This document shows positions 35,081-48,100 of a stretch of DNA of 50,010 nucleotides, piece by piece (the first letter of the stretch is position 1; every line of letters starts with the position of its first letter). A program made the position numbers and the translations under genes. The notes under the pieces are model-generated. The model did no database searches. It was not told where the DNA came from and saw only the letters and a program-made list of their open reading frames with translations. Source of the stretch: Octopus bimaculoides (Eukaryota); the NCBI RefSeq assembly GCF_001194135.2, contig NC_068986.1:9604145-9654154 (forward strand), read 5' to 3'.

Positions 35081-37260
35081 GAACACAGAAAGAAACATGG
35101 AGAGAAAAAAAAATGTGTGTAGTGGTCAGCGATCTATCATGGCGAATGCCGGACAGAAGAGTCACACAGGAGAGTTAAGAAGAAGGGGAGATAACAAAGT
35201 AGTAGTGATTCCAAAAAGATGGTGCATGTGTGTAAGAGAATGCTGGTGATCTTAACATATGCATGTGTGTATGTAGGTATGAAAATGTGGGGATGGAAAC
35301 TGGTCAGTGCCGGCGTATGCGCAGTGGTGTGTTGTGATGTGATGTGTTGTGTGGTATGGTGTGGTGTGATGGTGTTGGGAGGTGGGAGCAGGGTGGGGAA
35401 AGCAAAGGTGGGTGTNNNNNNNNNNNNNNNNNNNNNNNNNNNNNNNNNNNNNNNNNNNNNNNNNNNNNNNNNNNNNNNNNNNNNNNNNNNNNNNNNNNNN
35501 NNNNNNNNNNNNNNNNNNNNNNNNNNNNNNNNNNNNNNNNNNNNNNNNNNNNNNNNNNNNNNNNNNNNNNNNNNNNNNNNNNNNNNNNNNNNNNNNNNNN
35601 NNNNNNNNNNNNNNNNNNNNNNNNNNNNNNNNNNNNNNNNNNNNNNNNNNNNNNNNNNNNNNNNNNNNNNNNNNNNNNNNNNNNNNNNNNNNNNNNNNNN
35701 NNNNNNNNNNNNNNNNNNNNNNNNNNNNNNNNNNNNNNNNNNNNNNNNNNNNNNNNNNNNNNNNNNNNNNNNNNNNNNNNNNNNNNNNNNNNNNNNNNNN
35801 NNNNNNNNNNNNNNNNNNNNNNNNNNNNNNNNNNNNNNNNNNNNNNNNNNNNNNNNNNNNNNNNNNNNNNNNNNNNNNNNNNNNNNNNNNNNNNNNCTTA
35901 TGAGGGAGGGTTGACGATGAAGGGGGAAGGGGAAGGTGGGTATGAAAGAAGAGAGAAAGAGAGTAGGGGTGAAGAGAAGTAGGAATGAAGAGAAGTAGGA
36001 GTCGGAGCAAGAGAGGAGAGGTGGGTGGGAGGAAGTAGGAGGGAGGAGGTTAGATGAAGAGGGGAGGAGAGTTGAGCCCATGTGGCGCAAAGGAGCAAAG
36101 AGAGAAGATTAATCCCTGTTCACGGCGCAAATGGGAGTCCGGATGGCCCCTGCGCAAAGACAATCTGAACACGGACAGGTGTTGCAAAGAGTGGCCGGTA
36201 GAGCAGAAATAGCGTGACACCGGGGTGTCATTGCCAAGGCAGATGTCTCGGAGGTGTTCCATGAACCGATCAGCCAAGTGGCGTCCTGTTTGTCCAATGT
36301 ACAGAGAATGGCAGAGAGAGCAGGAGATGCAATAGATGATATTGGTAGAAATGCAGGTGAAGGAGTCGGTGATGCTATAGGGTCGATGATGGGTGCCGGT
36401 GAGGAGGGTGGTGTAGGAGAGGTAAGAGCAAGTGTGACAGCGTGGGCGGGAGCAGGGGAACGAGCCAGATTGGGAGGTTGGGTTGGGGAAGAAGCTGTGG
36501 ATTAAGAGGTCTCATAGGTTGTGGCCTTGTTTGAAGGAGGGAAGGGGTCAGTTAGGGAAGATGTGTGAGGTGGATGGGTCAAACTGGAGGCGCCAGAAAG
36601 CNNNNNNNNNNNNNNNNNNNNNNNNNNNNNNNNNNNNNNNNNNNNNNNNNNNNNNNNNNNNNNNNNNNNNNNNNNNNNNNNNNNNNNNNNNNNNNNNNNN
36701 NNNNNNNNNNNNNNNNNNNNNNNNNNNNNNNNNNNNNNNNNNNNNNNNNNNNNNNNNNNNNNNNNNNNNNNNNNNNNNNNNNNNNNNNNNNNNNNNNNNN
36801 NNNNNNNNNNNNNNNNNNNNNNNNNNNNNNNNNNNNNNNNNNNNNNNNNNNNNNNNNNNNNNNNNNNNNNNNNNNNNNNNNNNNNNNNNNNNNNNATCCA
36901 CTTAGGATGAAGTCGCGAGCCATGAGTTGAGACTAAGTCTCAAAGTCATGGTTGTCACTACAGAGCCTGCGTAGATGGAGGAATTGGGAATAGGCGATGG
37001 AAAGCTTGGTGTGTTTAGGGTGGGAGGAGGAGAAGTTGAGGTAAGAGCGTGAGTCTGTGTGTTTGTAGTGGATGGAGGTGGTAAGAGTGGAGTGATGAAT
37101 GCTGACTGAAATGTCAAGAAAGGAGACAGAGGTGTCAGAGATAGTGCAGGAGAAGTGGAGGGCAGGATGGAAAGATTTGACAAAAAAGAGGAAGAAGTCT
37201 AGATGTTCGCGGGAGAGTGAGGTGGCACCGATGCAGTTGTCAATATAACAGCCATAAAGA
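35045..37260 (-). mobile_element. Penelope-like element (RT C-terminus, GIY-YIG endonuclease, low-complexity tail, terminal region), two gaps
   Basis: SYLNFSSSHPKHTKLSIAYSQFLHLRRLCS (RT thumb); FTCISTNIIYCISCSLCHSLYIGQTGRHLADRFMEHLRDI...REQGLIFSL...PHGLN (GIY-YIG). Confidence 0.9.
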
Positions 37261-38227
37261 ATGACCCCCTTTGAAGTGGTAAGAAAAGGCTAATTAACAC
37301 ATTCTAATTATGTAGATCTTACCCATGTCAGAAGCTGTAAATGCCAAGGGTACAGCCCCTTCCTTCCAATAAAACCAATACGAAAATAAAATTCTGGTAT
37401 TGATTATTTTAAGCCAGTAACACAATGAAATAAAATATTGATCCAATTCAATCTTTTGCATTTTCTCTTCCAGTAAGTTTAAGATTTATTCCTTTTATGT
37501 CTGTTTTATATAATTTGCTTTGCGGGAATGACTGTTTTAACAAAGATGCATCTTGTCCCAAGCATTCAAAATGCAGAGTAGATAAAACAGGGGACAACTG
37601 ATGAAAGGAGTGTTCTTTATGTTGCCTGTCTCATCTCTCTATTTGTTTCTTTCGTTGTTTGAAAAAAAAGTTTGTTTTCCATGTTTTTGTTTTCATGTTC
37701 TCGTTTTCCATATTGTTCATGCTTTTTTGACGTCCTGTACCCATATATGCATGTGTATATACATATATGTATGTATATATGCACACACACACACACATAT
37801 ATATATATATGTATGTAATGCAGTCCTTGCTTTGTTGAGGATGTATATTCATGTGTCCCAACAATGCCCGTGACACCACTTTTCGTGCTTCCCTATCTTT
37901 CTCCACCAAACTTGGATATCTTGTTTTAAATCTACACTAACCCTTCGAATAGAGTCGTTAAAAGTATCCTCTAATGAGGTTTTGTCAATCTTTAATCATC
38001 TTCAACAACATAATCACTACACCTATCAAGAAGACATTACTCAGCTCCCAAACGACATGTAATTAACTAGAGCCCACAAATCTGCTACAAATGTTAGACC
38101 CCACTGAAACAGGATTTCTCTGAACAGTATCCTGTATTCAACCAAACACAGAGTTGTCTCAGAGCTTCTTTCGCCCTTTTGTTACCATATTTCTGTTGAG
38201 ATGCTCTGTGCTTCTTTCAATTAATTT

Positions 38228-38398
38228 TGTGAGTGGTTGGCATTAGGAAGGGCATCCAGCTGTAGAAACTCTGCCAAATTTAGATTGGAGCCTGGTGTTG
38301 CCATCTGGTTTCACCAGTCCTCAGTCAAGTCGTCCAACCCATGCTAGCATGGAAAGCGGACATTAAACGACGATGATGATGATGATGATGATGATGAT
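38228..38398 (+). mobile_element. RTE 3' tail with long (GAT)n
   Basis: GAGTGGTTGGCATTAGGAAGGGCATCC...CCATGCTAGCATGGAAAGCGGACATTAAACGACGATGATG... Confidence 0.88.
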
Positions 38399-38654
38399 AG
38401 AATTTAAGTAAAATAACCTAGTTATCATTAAGCTAGTGCTAGGAACATAAATTGTGACCAAGGTTTGATCGAAGATTTTAATTCAAAACTTTCGAAAACA
38501 AGGCATTGTATTACAGAGCCAGAGCCAGTTTCAGCTGGGTTGGTATTAAACGGGTTAAATTTGTCAAACCTCTTGGGGTTGAAGTCACAAGTAGGAATAA
38601 CTTGGAAAAAAAGATTCATCAGCCTAACACCTCCCACAACATTAAAAATGGTGA

Positions 38655-38840
38655 CAAGTGAGCAGCTACCACCTGATGGAGATGCAAGTTGGGAAATTTG
38701 GAAATGAAATAATTGACTGGGAAATAGGATTTAACAGAACCATTCAAGAAATGGGAATATAGATCATTGAAAGACAGCCTGTATAATTACGGTACAGAGC
38801 CACAATCTAAGGGACACCTGTTAAGATGGCCTTTCATGGT
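38655..38840 (+). mobile_element. Highly degraded non-LTR ORF2 C-terminal fragment
   Basis: EQLPPDGDASWEIWK* ... KKWEY ... DSLYNYGTEPQSKGHLLRWP resembles the LPPG..W..W..LNRLR...KWG...C.CG..QT..HLL.CP pattern of some LINEs; needs frameshifts. Confidence 0.4.
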
Positions 38841-40789
38841 AAAACTATGTCATTTGTGTGGAGTTTGCAATGATGAAACAGAGATATATGTTTGCTTTCG
38901 GTTGAACAACTTGATAAGAAAAATCAGGAAAGCAAAACAAAACTGGTAATTGTCCTAGGATGTGGAAGAACCAAGGACTCTCGCATTCTTCCAACCCTGT
39001 GAGAAATAGCATAGAAATAACCCTGAAATCATATCCTACAAAATTAAAACAGAAGCATACATTGGATCACATATTCCTAGATAAACTGCCTGAATAGATG
39101 GAAGGTTCATGGATGGAAACCCTTTAAACATGGATCTGTTCATTCACAGCTCACCACAATAGCAGCAGCATTAAGGAAATAAATAATTGGCTGACAATTT
39201 GCTTTTTTGTACCAATTCCCATTTTGTTTTTGTATTTTTTTTTTTTTTTAATACTCACAAGTTTTAAATTTACACACAGTGTATAGGCAAGCCTCAATAC
39301 TAACCATTTAGTACGTTTAAAAAAATAAGGTATCCCCACCACTATTGCAGGCTCATGGTTGGTGTCATACAGAGCCCAACTACCGACATATTTATAGCAA
39401 TGAGGGAATGGGATGTTTTGAGGTTCAAATTTTTTTAATGAGTTGTAATTATAACATAGAAAAGTATAGAAACCACCTAATGCTTTCAGCTTGCTGCGAA
39501 ATAACGTCTTGTTATTCGGTACTCACACACACGCACACACGCTTTAAAAACATTACCTCAAAAATATTAAATGTGTAGGCCCAATTGTGTCTTAAAAGAT
39601 ATATCTTAAAAGATATAAAAATTTAAGACACTCAAAGACAAATACGTTAAACGCCTTATATATATATATTTGGCTTTAATGTTGTATATTGGTATTACAT
39701 GATGTTTCTTTAAAGAGGTACGGAAATCTATAAAAAAATATTACTTTAATGATAGTATTCGATAAAAATCTGCAATTAATGCATTAATTTTACTTCTTTA
39801 AAATATTAAAATCGACCAGGAACAAAAACTTATTAAGGAATACCAAGTTTTCTAATTTTCTTTTTTTTAATTCTAATTAGTATTTATAGAATTGCATCAA
39901 AGAAGTAAAGATGGCTTTATAATTTAAATACAACCAGAAAATAATGTAGGTGAATAAATTACTGTGAAATTAAAAGAAAATAAACAGAGCAATATTTCTT
40001 TAAAATAGATAAAAAATATTAAATCGCGTTTTCGCTATTTTTGGATAATTAAAAAGATTTAATCAACAAAATCCAGAAGAATATAAATTAATGAGATAAT
40101 ATTTGTGATTTAAGGTCTGTGACGTTTGCTGGGAGATGTCAGGTGAAGAAGGCCCGACTGTTTTTATGATTCACGATAATAAATAATTACTTTTAGAAAA
40201 TATAATTCATATTCTTAAATCAATGCCATTAAATAACAAAAAATGTTTTAGGAAATATATGACAAGCTTTTTATTTTTACGTAGGTTTTTTTATAGAACC
40301 AACTATATTTACGTTAATGAACGGTGTCATGTTTACGAAATCTTGACTGTTTTTATTTATTGTTAATGTCATTTCTCGCTTTTCATATTACATAATTCTT
40401 ACTCCACCACCCACAAAAAAATGTTTACCAAGCAGTCCACTTTCATATCACAATTAATGTGACCAAACAACAAATTTATTAATTAAAACTGAAGACGAAA
40501 TTAAAATCTAATTAAAATGAAAATAAATCAAAATAAAACTCATTTCTTTCCTGGAGTAACTTCCCTTTATTCCTCAATTCTGTCCAATCATTAAATGGAT
40601 GCACTATTTACATATAATTCCGCACATTTTACTAATATTCCTCTTATGTTATCCTGACAGTGATATATAATTGTTTCTCTGTGCAGCTTAATGTTTTCAT
40701 TTGAAATAAATATTAAATGTTTGATGAAATATTTTTTGAAAAATTCATCTTTCAAATTGTAATTGAAGAGTAGTTGACAGAGACTGAAC

Positions 40790-40890
40790 TACTTTTCGTC
40801 GCGTATTGTGACGGAAGGCGTTAAATGTAGGGTGTGTGTGTCTATATATATCTATATCTAGAAGCAGCGTGCAAGTAAACGGCAGTCGCC
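40790..40890 (+). promoter_or_regulatory. Putative HEXIM proximal promoter
   Basis: Local CpG enrichment, CGGAAG ETS-like core near 40815, TA-rich tract at 40842-40859, Inr-like GCAGTC near 40882. Position-based inference only. Confidence 0.35.
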
Positions 40891-41022
40891 AATGAAAACT
40901 GCGAACCGTTTAGACTTTGTTGGGATGTACAGCTTTAACTTCAATTGCTTTTATTGTAATTTAGAAGTTACTGGCTTTTGGAAAAACGACGAATCATTTG
41001 TGATTGACGTAAACGGTTGATA

Positions 41023-41808
41023 ATGGATAAGGAAACGCAAAACGAGATGAAACACGAAATGCCCATGCAGAATTCCGACGTGGATTTCTCAGAAAATCAA
41101 GGTTCCGATCCTGAAAGTGTGGGTAAACAAATGTCAGATTCTGGTGTACTCCACTGTCGTAATGGGATTCGTAAAAAGAAGCACCGTCGTGGTAAAAGGC
41201 ATCATCGGAAATGGAAACCTTATAACAAGATGACTTGGTCTGAAAGACAAGAGATGGATGAAAGAGAGACACAACGAGCTACACAGAAGCGCGAGGAAGC
41301 CTTCGCATCAGGACATCCGCGAGCTCCTTACAATACAACACAGTTTCTAATGGATGATCATATTAAAAACGAACCGGTGAGGTCGCCTTATATCCAGGAA
41401 GAAGTTCGCCACGGAAAAGATCCTTCTACCAGCTGTGATTCATCGGAGGATTATGAAAGTACAGACGAAGAAAAAAACTTTATTGCTCGGGAATTCTCTG
41501 AGACTTACGATAACATCCATGCCGAACGGTTACAAAGTATGTCAAAAGAGTCTCTTATTAAAGAATACATAGAACTGGAGTCTAAGTTAGAAAGAGCAGA
41601 AACAAAATTAAAAGAGAAAGACAACTTACGATATGTACACAAAAAATCGAGCGACGGCTCCAATGAACATTATTCTGTGAGTAGCGAAGAAGAGGTGATG
41701 GATTGCGAAAAACGAATTCTTCGTGATGAATTGCAGCGATTACTTGCAGAAAATGAACGCCTAAAAGTCGAGAATGAAAAACTCAAGAAATGTTTTACAG
41801 TAACCTAA
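41023..41808 (+). CDS. HEXIM: HEXIM protein (7SK-binding P-TEFb inhibitor), single exon, 261 aa
   Basis: Basic KHRR region RKKKHRRGKRHHRKWKPYNKMTW, PRAPYNTTQFLMDDH (PYNT motif), acidic stretch, FSETYDNIHAERLQSMSKESLIKEYIELE cyclin-T-binding coiled coil and a second C-terminal coiled coil. First ATG is 41023; in-frame TGA upstream at 41005. Confidence 0.95.
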   Translation: MDKETQNEMKHEMPMQNSDVDFSENQGSDPESVGKQMSDSGVLHCRNGIRKKKHRRGKRHHRKWKPYNKMTWSERQEMDERETQRATQKREEAFASGHPRAPYNTTQFLMDDHIKNEPVRSPYIQEEVRHGKDPSTSCDSSEDYESTDEEKNFIAREFSETYDNIHAERLQSMSKESLIKEYIELESKLERAETKLKEKDNLRYVHKKSSDGSNEHYSVSSEEEVMDCEKRILRDELQRLLAENERLKVENEKLKKCFTVT

Positions 41809-41942
41809 CTGTGACCAGAATATATATAAATATATATCTATCTATATATATTTTTTTCTGTTAAAACTTGCAAGATCCATTCATTAATGTAGGTGTCTGA
41901 AGGTTAGTTAGGAAATATGTCTCAGAAAAACCTGTGCAGTGC

Positions 41943-41981
<39 letters not shown>

Positions 41982-42068
41982 TCTTTCACTCGTACTCTCT
42001 CTCTCTCTCTGTTTTCTTCCCCTCTCTCATTACACAACTTTTTTTTTAATTACCCTATCCATACACAA

Positions 42069-42118
<50 letters not shown>

Positions 42119-43179
42119 CTACTATTCCTGATCATTGAACACTAAATCCACTACCCCCCCCCCTCCATTTTTATTTTATTTTTTAAACAAAACAAAACAT
42201 GTTATTTTCAGTTGGTAACCATGGCATTCCAGATTAACAATTATTTCAGTTAAAAAATCGAACCGTGCCACTAATTAATTTGTTAATGTTGATACAATAA
42301 GTTGGGCTTTTGTATATTTTTGCATCGGATTGTTCATTTAGAAGAAGAAAAAAAATACAGACATACTAAATTGATTGCTATTTCGTTACCATTTCTATCA
42401 ATCAAACATAAACAAATCATTTAAGGTTGAGATCGATTTAAAGAGAAGGCAGTGAGGGGCATATGTCATTAATTATCAGGTTTTAATTAACTTCTATAGT
42501 CTTTTCTCTCTCTCTCTCTCTCTCTCCCCACATGTCATCTATTTTTTCTGTTTACTCATCGACAACTAATATTTCAATAACAATCATGCAACACATGTAA
42601 ACAAGTCCTTGTGAATATTTTTATTCCATATCAATTTTGTGTACCAATTTTTTTTTCTTAAAAAAAATCAATTCTGTAATCTTTCACTTTGGTTATTAAT
42701 GCTAAGAATAATTAGCGATACATTATAATTTTACCATTTCAAAACCACTTGTGACGCTATTTGAATCAATAATAATAATAATGTTAAGTATCTGTTCAGT
42801 CTGTTTTTCTTTTATTATTTATGAGGCAAAAAAAAACCCAAAAAAACTTGCAATTTGTCTTTATTAATTTATCTAGCAGTTAGGAGTGGATGGATATTGA
42901 ACCCGTTTTGTTTTGGTTTTCGCTCCGACTGCAGCTGCTTCTGTCTAATTCTGGATAGCAATTAATAATAATAATAATAATTAACAACACGTGCCCAATT
43001 ATTATTATTTCAACCAAACTTTCATTGTTCAACATTAGCTAATTAAGACATTTTCTTTTTAGCTCTTCACAACATTCACCCAACTAAAACTGTTTCAACA
43101 CCTTTCAATATAAATTATTTATAACTTGTGACATTTTAGGAAATTTTGGGTTTCGATCAGTCAATGTTTATTCATTTTC

Positions 43180-43185
43180 AATAAA
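43180..43185 (+). terminator. Candidate HEXIM polyadenylation signal
   Basis: AATAAA about 1.37 kb after the stop; another at 44110-44115. Not verified. Confidence 0.35.
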
Positions 43186-43697
43186 GTTTTACACATGAAA
43201 TGATCAACCTGTTACTATTTGGGGGGAAAAGCAACACTTATTAATTAATTAATTAGGATGTTTGGCTCTAACCCCTCCCCCTTTTGTTTTTGTTGGAAGT
43301 TCTTGTATATTAAATCTTCTCAAACTTTTTTCTCCATAATGAGCCAATAACTCTCAAAACATTCGTTGTTGAGAGTTTTTTTTTGTTTGTTTTAGGAGTA
43401 TTTTAGAAGAATTAGTTAAGAGTCCCTAGTAGATAATACTAGGTATATCTGGTTTTGATTTAAAACTAAATCTTACAAACTTATGTTGATGTGTGAAAGA
43501 GATCAAGAGACAACAACAAAACTGCCAACTTGTCAGTTTGTTACCAAATCCACCTCCTTCTCCACCTTCTCCTCATCGTCTTTGTGGCCACCACCACCAA
43601 TTCAACAGATGTTAACAAGATCGGAAGAATGAGAGAGAAACTGAGTTTTGTTTATCCCCACCCCTCATTTTTTCCCCACTAGTTATATTATGAGTGT

Positions 43698-43728
<31 letters not shown>

Positions 43729-44027
43729 TCGGTACCCAACAGTTCTTAACTTGTAGGAGGCCCATGTTTTCTGTTATTGGCGCTATTTGCAAACATCTTG
43801 TCTTACAGAATGGAACTTTTATTATCATCGACTTGTCAATTCTGCAAGTACCTTCAACAAACAAACACTAAGATCATTTCTTGTTGGGGTTCGAACTGTT
43901 ATCCACGCCAATCTTAGTTGACATTTTAACTCCTACATCTTAGATCCTGCACTCTTTTCGCAAGGACAAGTCATCTCCTTCCCATTTTTTTTTTCTTTTT
44001 GTAAATATATATTCCAATGTTTTCATT

Positions 44028-44065
<38 letters not shown>

Positions 44066-44599
44066 CAAGGTAAAACAACCGCAACTCATTGTTCCAAAAT
44101 CGTTTACACAATAAAGACTTTCTAAATTGTTAAATGACATGTCGAAGAAATTCACCGACGTGGTGCTTTCTTGATTTTGTTTTTCTTTTATTTATTCCTA
44201 TTTTTATTTTATTTTTTTATTTTATAGAGAAAAAAAATGAAAAGAGAACTTTGGCACAGCATGCATAGACTCTCTAGCTTTTCATTTTGAAAATAAGAAT
44301 TCATCTAATAAATTTCATATTCCATTTGTCTCAGACTTTTTTTCTATTTCATTTTTGCCATTAAACAGAGGCACAACAGAAAAATAGTTTCTATTAAGAC
44401 CTTAACTTTAGTTAAATTGACCAAACCACATTGCTTTTAAACTTACATTCCGACTTTTAAATGGAGTTTGCTGTTTTATATAATTTTTTGCCTGTAGTAA
44501 ATTAAAAGTTACCGTCTTTTATACCATAAGTGCCTTCCAAAGTAATTAACCTTAAAACTGATATTATCATCATCATCATCATAGCATTGCCTTTAATAC

Positions 44600-45100
44600 T
44601 TAGATGAGTTTGCAATGGTGTATCTTCCCTTGTTATTCCTGTGTCAACTCATTTTTGAGGTCCAATATTCAGACATGGCTTCATCATCACCTCAAGTCTC
44701 ATACAAGTACCATCACATCAAGTTCCTCTCCTGACCAAAATATCCTTTAGCTACCCAATGGTTTTGTCAGTATCCTATATCGGCACTGCTTACATCCAAT
44801 AGATCATATTGGGCTCGTTCCTGTTCAATTACAACTGCTGCCCTTCTGCCACAACCTTATAACACATTTACACACCTTGCAAAGCTGATCTTTTCACAAT
44901 GAACGGAGACAAATCTTTTGTTGCCATTAAAGTTAGCTTGATATCATCAACATAGCAGATTTTTCTAACTTTAATGGCAACAAAAGATTTGTCTCCGTTC
45001 ATTTTTCTATCTCAACTTTAACTCTTTCTCTGTAATTTCTTGGAAGCTGTTGGGATTTTTTCTAATCTAGCCCAAGCTCTGTTGTAGATCTGCATAAACT
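44600..45100 (-). mobile_element. Heavily degraded non-LTR RT remnant
   Basis: Minus strand YVDDIKL at about 44934-44954, followed by GEKISFARC, resembling the LLxMDDLKL...FGxxKC pattern of RLE-type elements. Boundaries uncertain. Confidence 0.35.
44898..45003. repeat. Perfect 39-bp inverted repeat with 28-nt loop
   Basis: AATGAACGGAGACAAATCTTTTGTTGCCATTAAAGTTAG (44898-44936) and its exact reverse complement (44965-45003). Confidence 0.95.
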
Positions 45101-48100
45101 TATTTCTGCTCCATCAACCAAATTAACAGACATATTTCCTCACATCCTTAACTCTTTCGACCAGAGATATTGAGTTTTATGCTGTAATTCTTACCACCTA
45201 TAATATATCCCTTACTCTTGGTTGATGTGCTTTCAGCCCTTACATGCTCTGAACTACTCGATAACTGTTTGTCTTCCTTTCTCATTGCTGTGTATAAACC
45301 CTGTATGAAATCAAGTTGTATATTCAGTCAAGATTTCTTCTGTTTGAACTCATTTTATCAGATTTATCCTTTCAATTATTCAATTCATTAACTTGTGGCT
45401 TCTCTAGTGTATTCCTTTACTTTTGACTGTAAGGTGCTCTTGGTCTTTGTGGGTGGGGAACGCTTGTATATTTTAGCTGTTTGTCAGTGTTTTTAGCTAA
45501 GATATTTTCCATTCTTACTAACTTTCTCAAGACATCTATTATTTTAATTCTTTAATGTGTAACTCCTCTCTGATGAATTTTTTTTTTTACCTTTGCAACA
45601 GCTGCTAGCAGTCACATGGTTAACACTTATAAAATTTGATGTGCTAAGACAGTCCTCTGTGTACTTTCAGCTTAGGTATTTTACGTTCTCGCTAGCTTTA
45701 CAAGATCTGCCATTTCCAATCTTTAACATAAAGCTCCTCTCTAGGGTTTACCCTTACCCATATCTGATATAGATTCTGCTACACCAGTCATTTGTAGAAT
45801 TTGAAGTTCTAAGACAGTCATTTATTAGAGCTCTTTATATTTCCATGCTTTAGGTACTGCTTTCTTTCTCTTCTCATCACTTCAAGTGGCCCTTCTTTTC
45901 CATTTATGCAACAAAATCTTACGCTACTTCAAATGAAATGTTACTTCAGACAATCCAATACTATTTTTCTTTTTATCCTGCATAAAATATTGACTTTCAT
46001 GCTACTCTGAGTTTTTCCATATTTTGTTGTCAATCCTTTGACCCATCTCCCCACCATAGCAGAGCAGGGCCTTGACCCATCTGTCTACCTAGATATCTGG
46101 TTTACACTCTTGTCTCATAACAATAATTAGCTGCCCTCTACACTCGATTATCTTTGTCACCTTAAAGTCAGATACTGTGCTGTGATCAACTCTTATCCTC
46201 TGCTAACATTCATCTGTCTGTTGTTGTAGTTTTTGACCTAAACTCGTTATTATTCTAGGTTTCAAATATAATAATAATGAAATTATTGTGTATAGTGCTC
46301 GGGTGCACTATAATATAATGTATGTCTTTCGTCAGTAGAATTTGTGCGTTTCTGTTGCAGGTCAATGTAAACTCAATTTAGCCCTTAGACCAACCAGTAG
46401 ATAATTACTGGGCTTGCTTCTTGAAATTCATTTTAGATATATTTCTTTACATCACAATCTGAGAGTTCACCTCTTCATTCTGTTAAAATCTTCTGCTAAT
46501 TGTGTGTGCATATATATTTATACATACATAATCATTTTTTTACACTGTTCTTTGAAATCCTGTTCTCACCTTTTAGTTCCAAATGTATGTAGAAAGACTG
46601 ATGATTTAAAAAAAGATTTATTGCCCCCTTTTCTGATATTGAGTATTCCTTTGGTTCATTGCGTGCAATTTATGATCATAAATTTCTTGTATTGGTCATC
46701 TTTACATCCATTTCTCATACGGTCAGTGGTTGGATGGGGAGATTCATCATGGTCCATTTGAAGTGACTGCCCTTGTGGACAGGTCTTAGAGGACCGTATC
46801 ATCCACATCTTAGTTCTCCGCATAGTTTCAGCAGCTGAAATGCCCATCATAACCTCAGCTATGTTACCCACATTGGTCTGGGTGCGTTTTAACAAAAGCA
46901 TCGGCACTGGGGAGCTTATCATGCTCTCCACAAGACTAGAGAATCTTGTTAACTATATAACCTTTGTTTGGATCACTAACCATTGTACAGAGTTTACTGG
47001 GAGCATTTTATCAAACCACCACCACCAGTGAGGTCATCTTGTACCTTGTAAGACAAAAGGCCACATACACACATACCTTGTGTGTGTATATTTATAAATG
47101 TATGCCGGCGTAATGTGTGTGCATAAACATATATACACACAAAATGCCATATGTATATATAATATTGTATCTACATTAATATTCAGTTGTCGATGCTTTA
47201 TGTATATATTGTTGGCTGTTGTCCAAATATTTCAATCTCCCTTATTAATCTCTCATTAAAAGAGAAATTATGACCAACTCCAAATAAAGATTAAAAAAAT
47301 CAATTGTTTTATGTATTAAACATCCAAGTAGATTTTCATGTAGTTTTCAGTGAATAAAGGTAGGACAGTTGTGTCTAATTTAGACATTTGTTGATGGCAT
47401 GGTGTTATTGACAGAATACTTTCCCCTATAACACTTTGTGATGATATAGAGTTACTACCTCCTTGCCAGGGAGATAAACTGACAAAACATCAGAAATGTT
47501 TTTCAGTCCCTCAACTCTTATTGTCGCACTTTCCTTCGTTAGAATTTATATTAAAATGAAACTTATTTGGTTGGGTTTACTGCAGAAATTTTTAAAAGCA
47601 GGAATAAATTCTATTCTATGATATTTCAAACAATTTGTTTAATAGATTTTTTGATTGGATTCAGCAACATGAATTCATTTCTTGTATGAATTACCATGAC
47701 CCTATAATAATGATATTTCATTCATTTAATCATATCTGATGCCAGTGATTAAAATATTACCATTCAGTAATTTGGAGTTTTAATTTTAACATTTTGTAAT
47801 TATAGACTTTTTTTAAAAATAAGTTATAACTATGTCAAACAATTTAGGTATTTGTTGTTTTAAAAATGTCTAGATGTAGTTTGCTAACCATCCCTGTTAT
47901 GTTTTACGAAGATAATTCTCTGACAACTCAATAATATTCTAAAAGATTATTTTTATTTATCAGAAATATCAAGTGAATTTTTTTTTTTTTTTTTGTCAGA
48001 TCATAATTTTATTAACATTTAGGAAACTTTTCTAAAACAAGAAGGGCTTTTCACTTTAAATTATGCAAGCAGATTATGTTTAACTAAAGTAAAAGAAGGA

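Noticed and set aside
11674-36930. Long ORFs containing X runs (e.g. 31259-32476, 35137-36090)
   Set aside because: Artefacts of translating N gaps and adjacent microsatellites.
42964-43010. AAT/ATT inverted repeat
   Set aside because: Low-complexity microsatellite pairing expected by chance.
44029-44062. T34 tract as a possible retrocopy poly(A) tail
   Set aside because: No upstream AATAAA on the minus strand, no TSD and no recognisable parent.
39600-44550. Searched for a 7SK snRNA or tRNA gene near HEXIM
   Set aside because: No 7SK-like or complete cloverleaf sequence recognised; all A/B-box hits in the window belong to SINEs. An Infernal/tRNAscan run would be decisive.
46640-47045. GC-richer segment with a 91-aa minus ORF
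   Set aside because: Multiple stops in the more protein-like frame; possibly a piggyBac-like remnant but too degraded to call.
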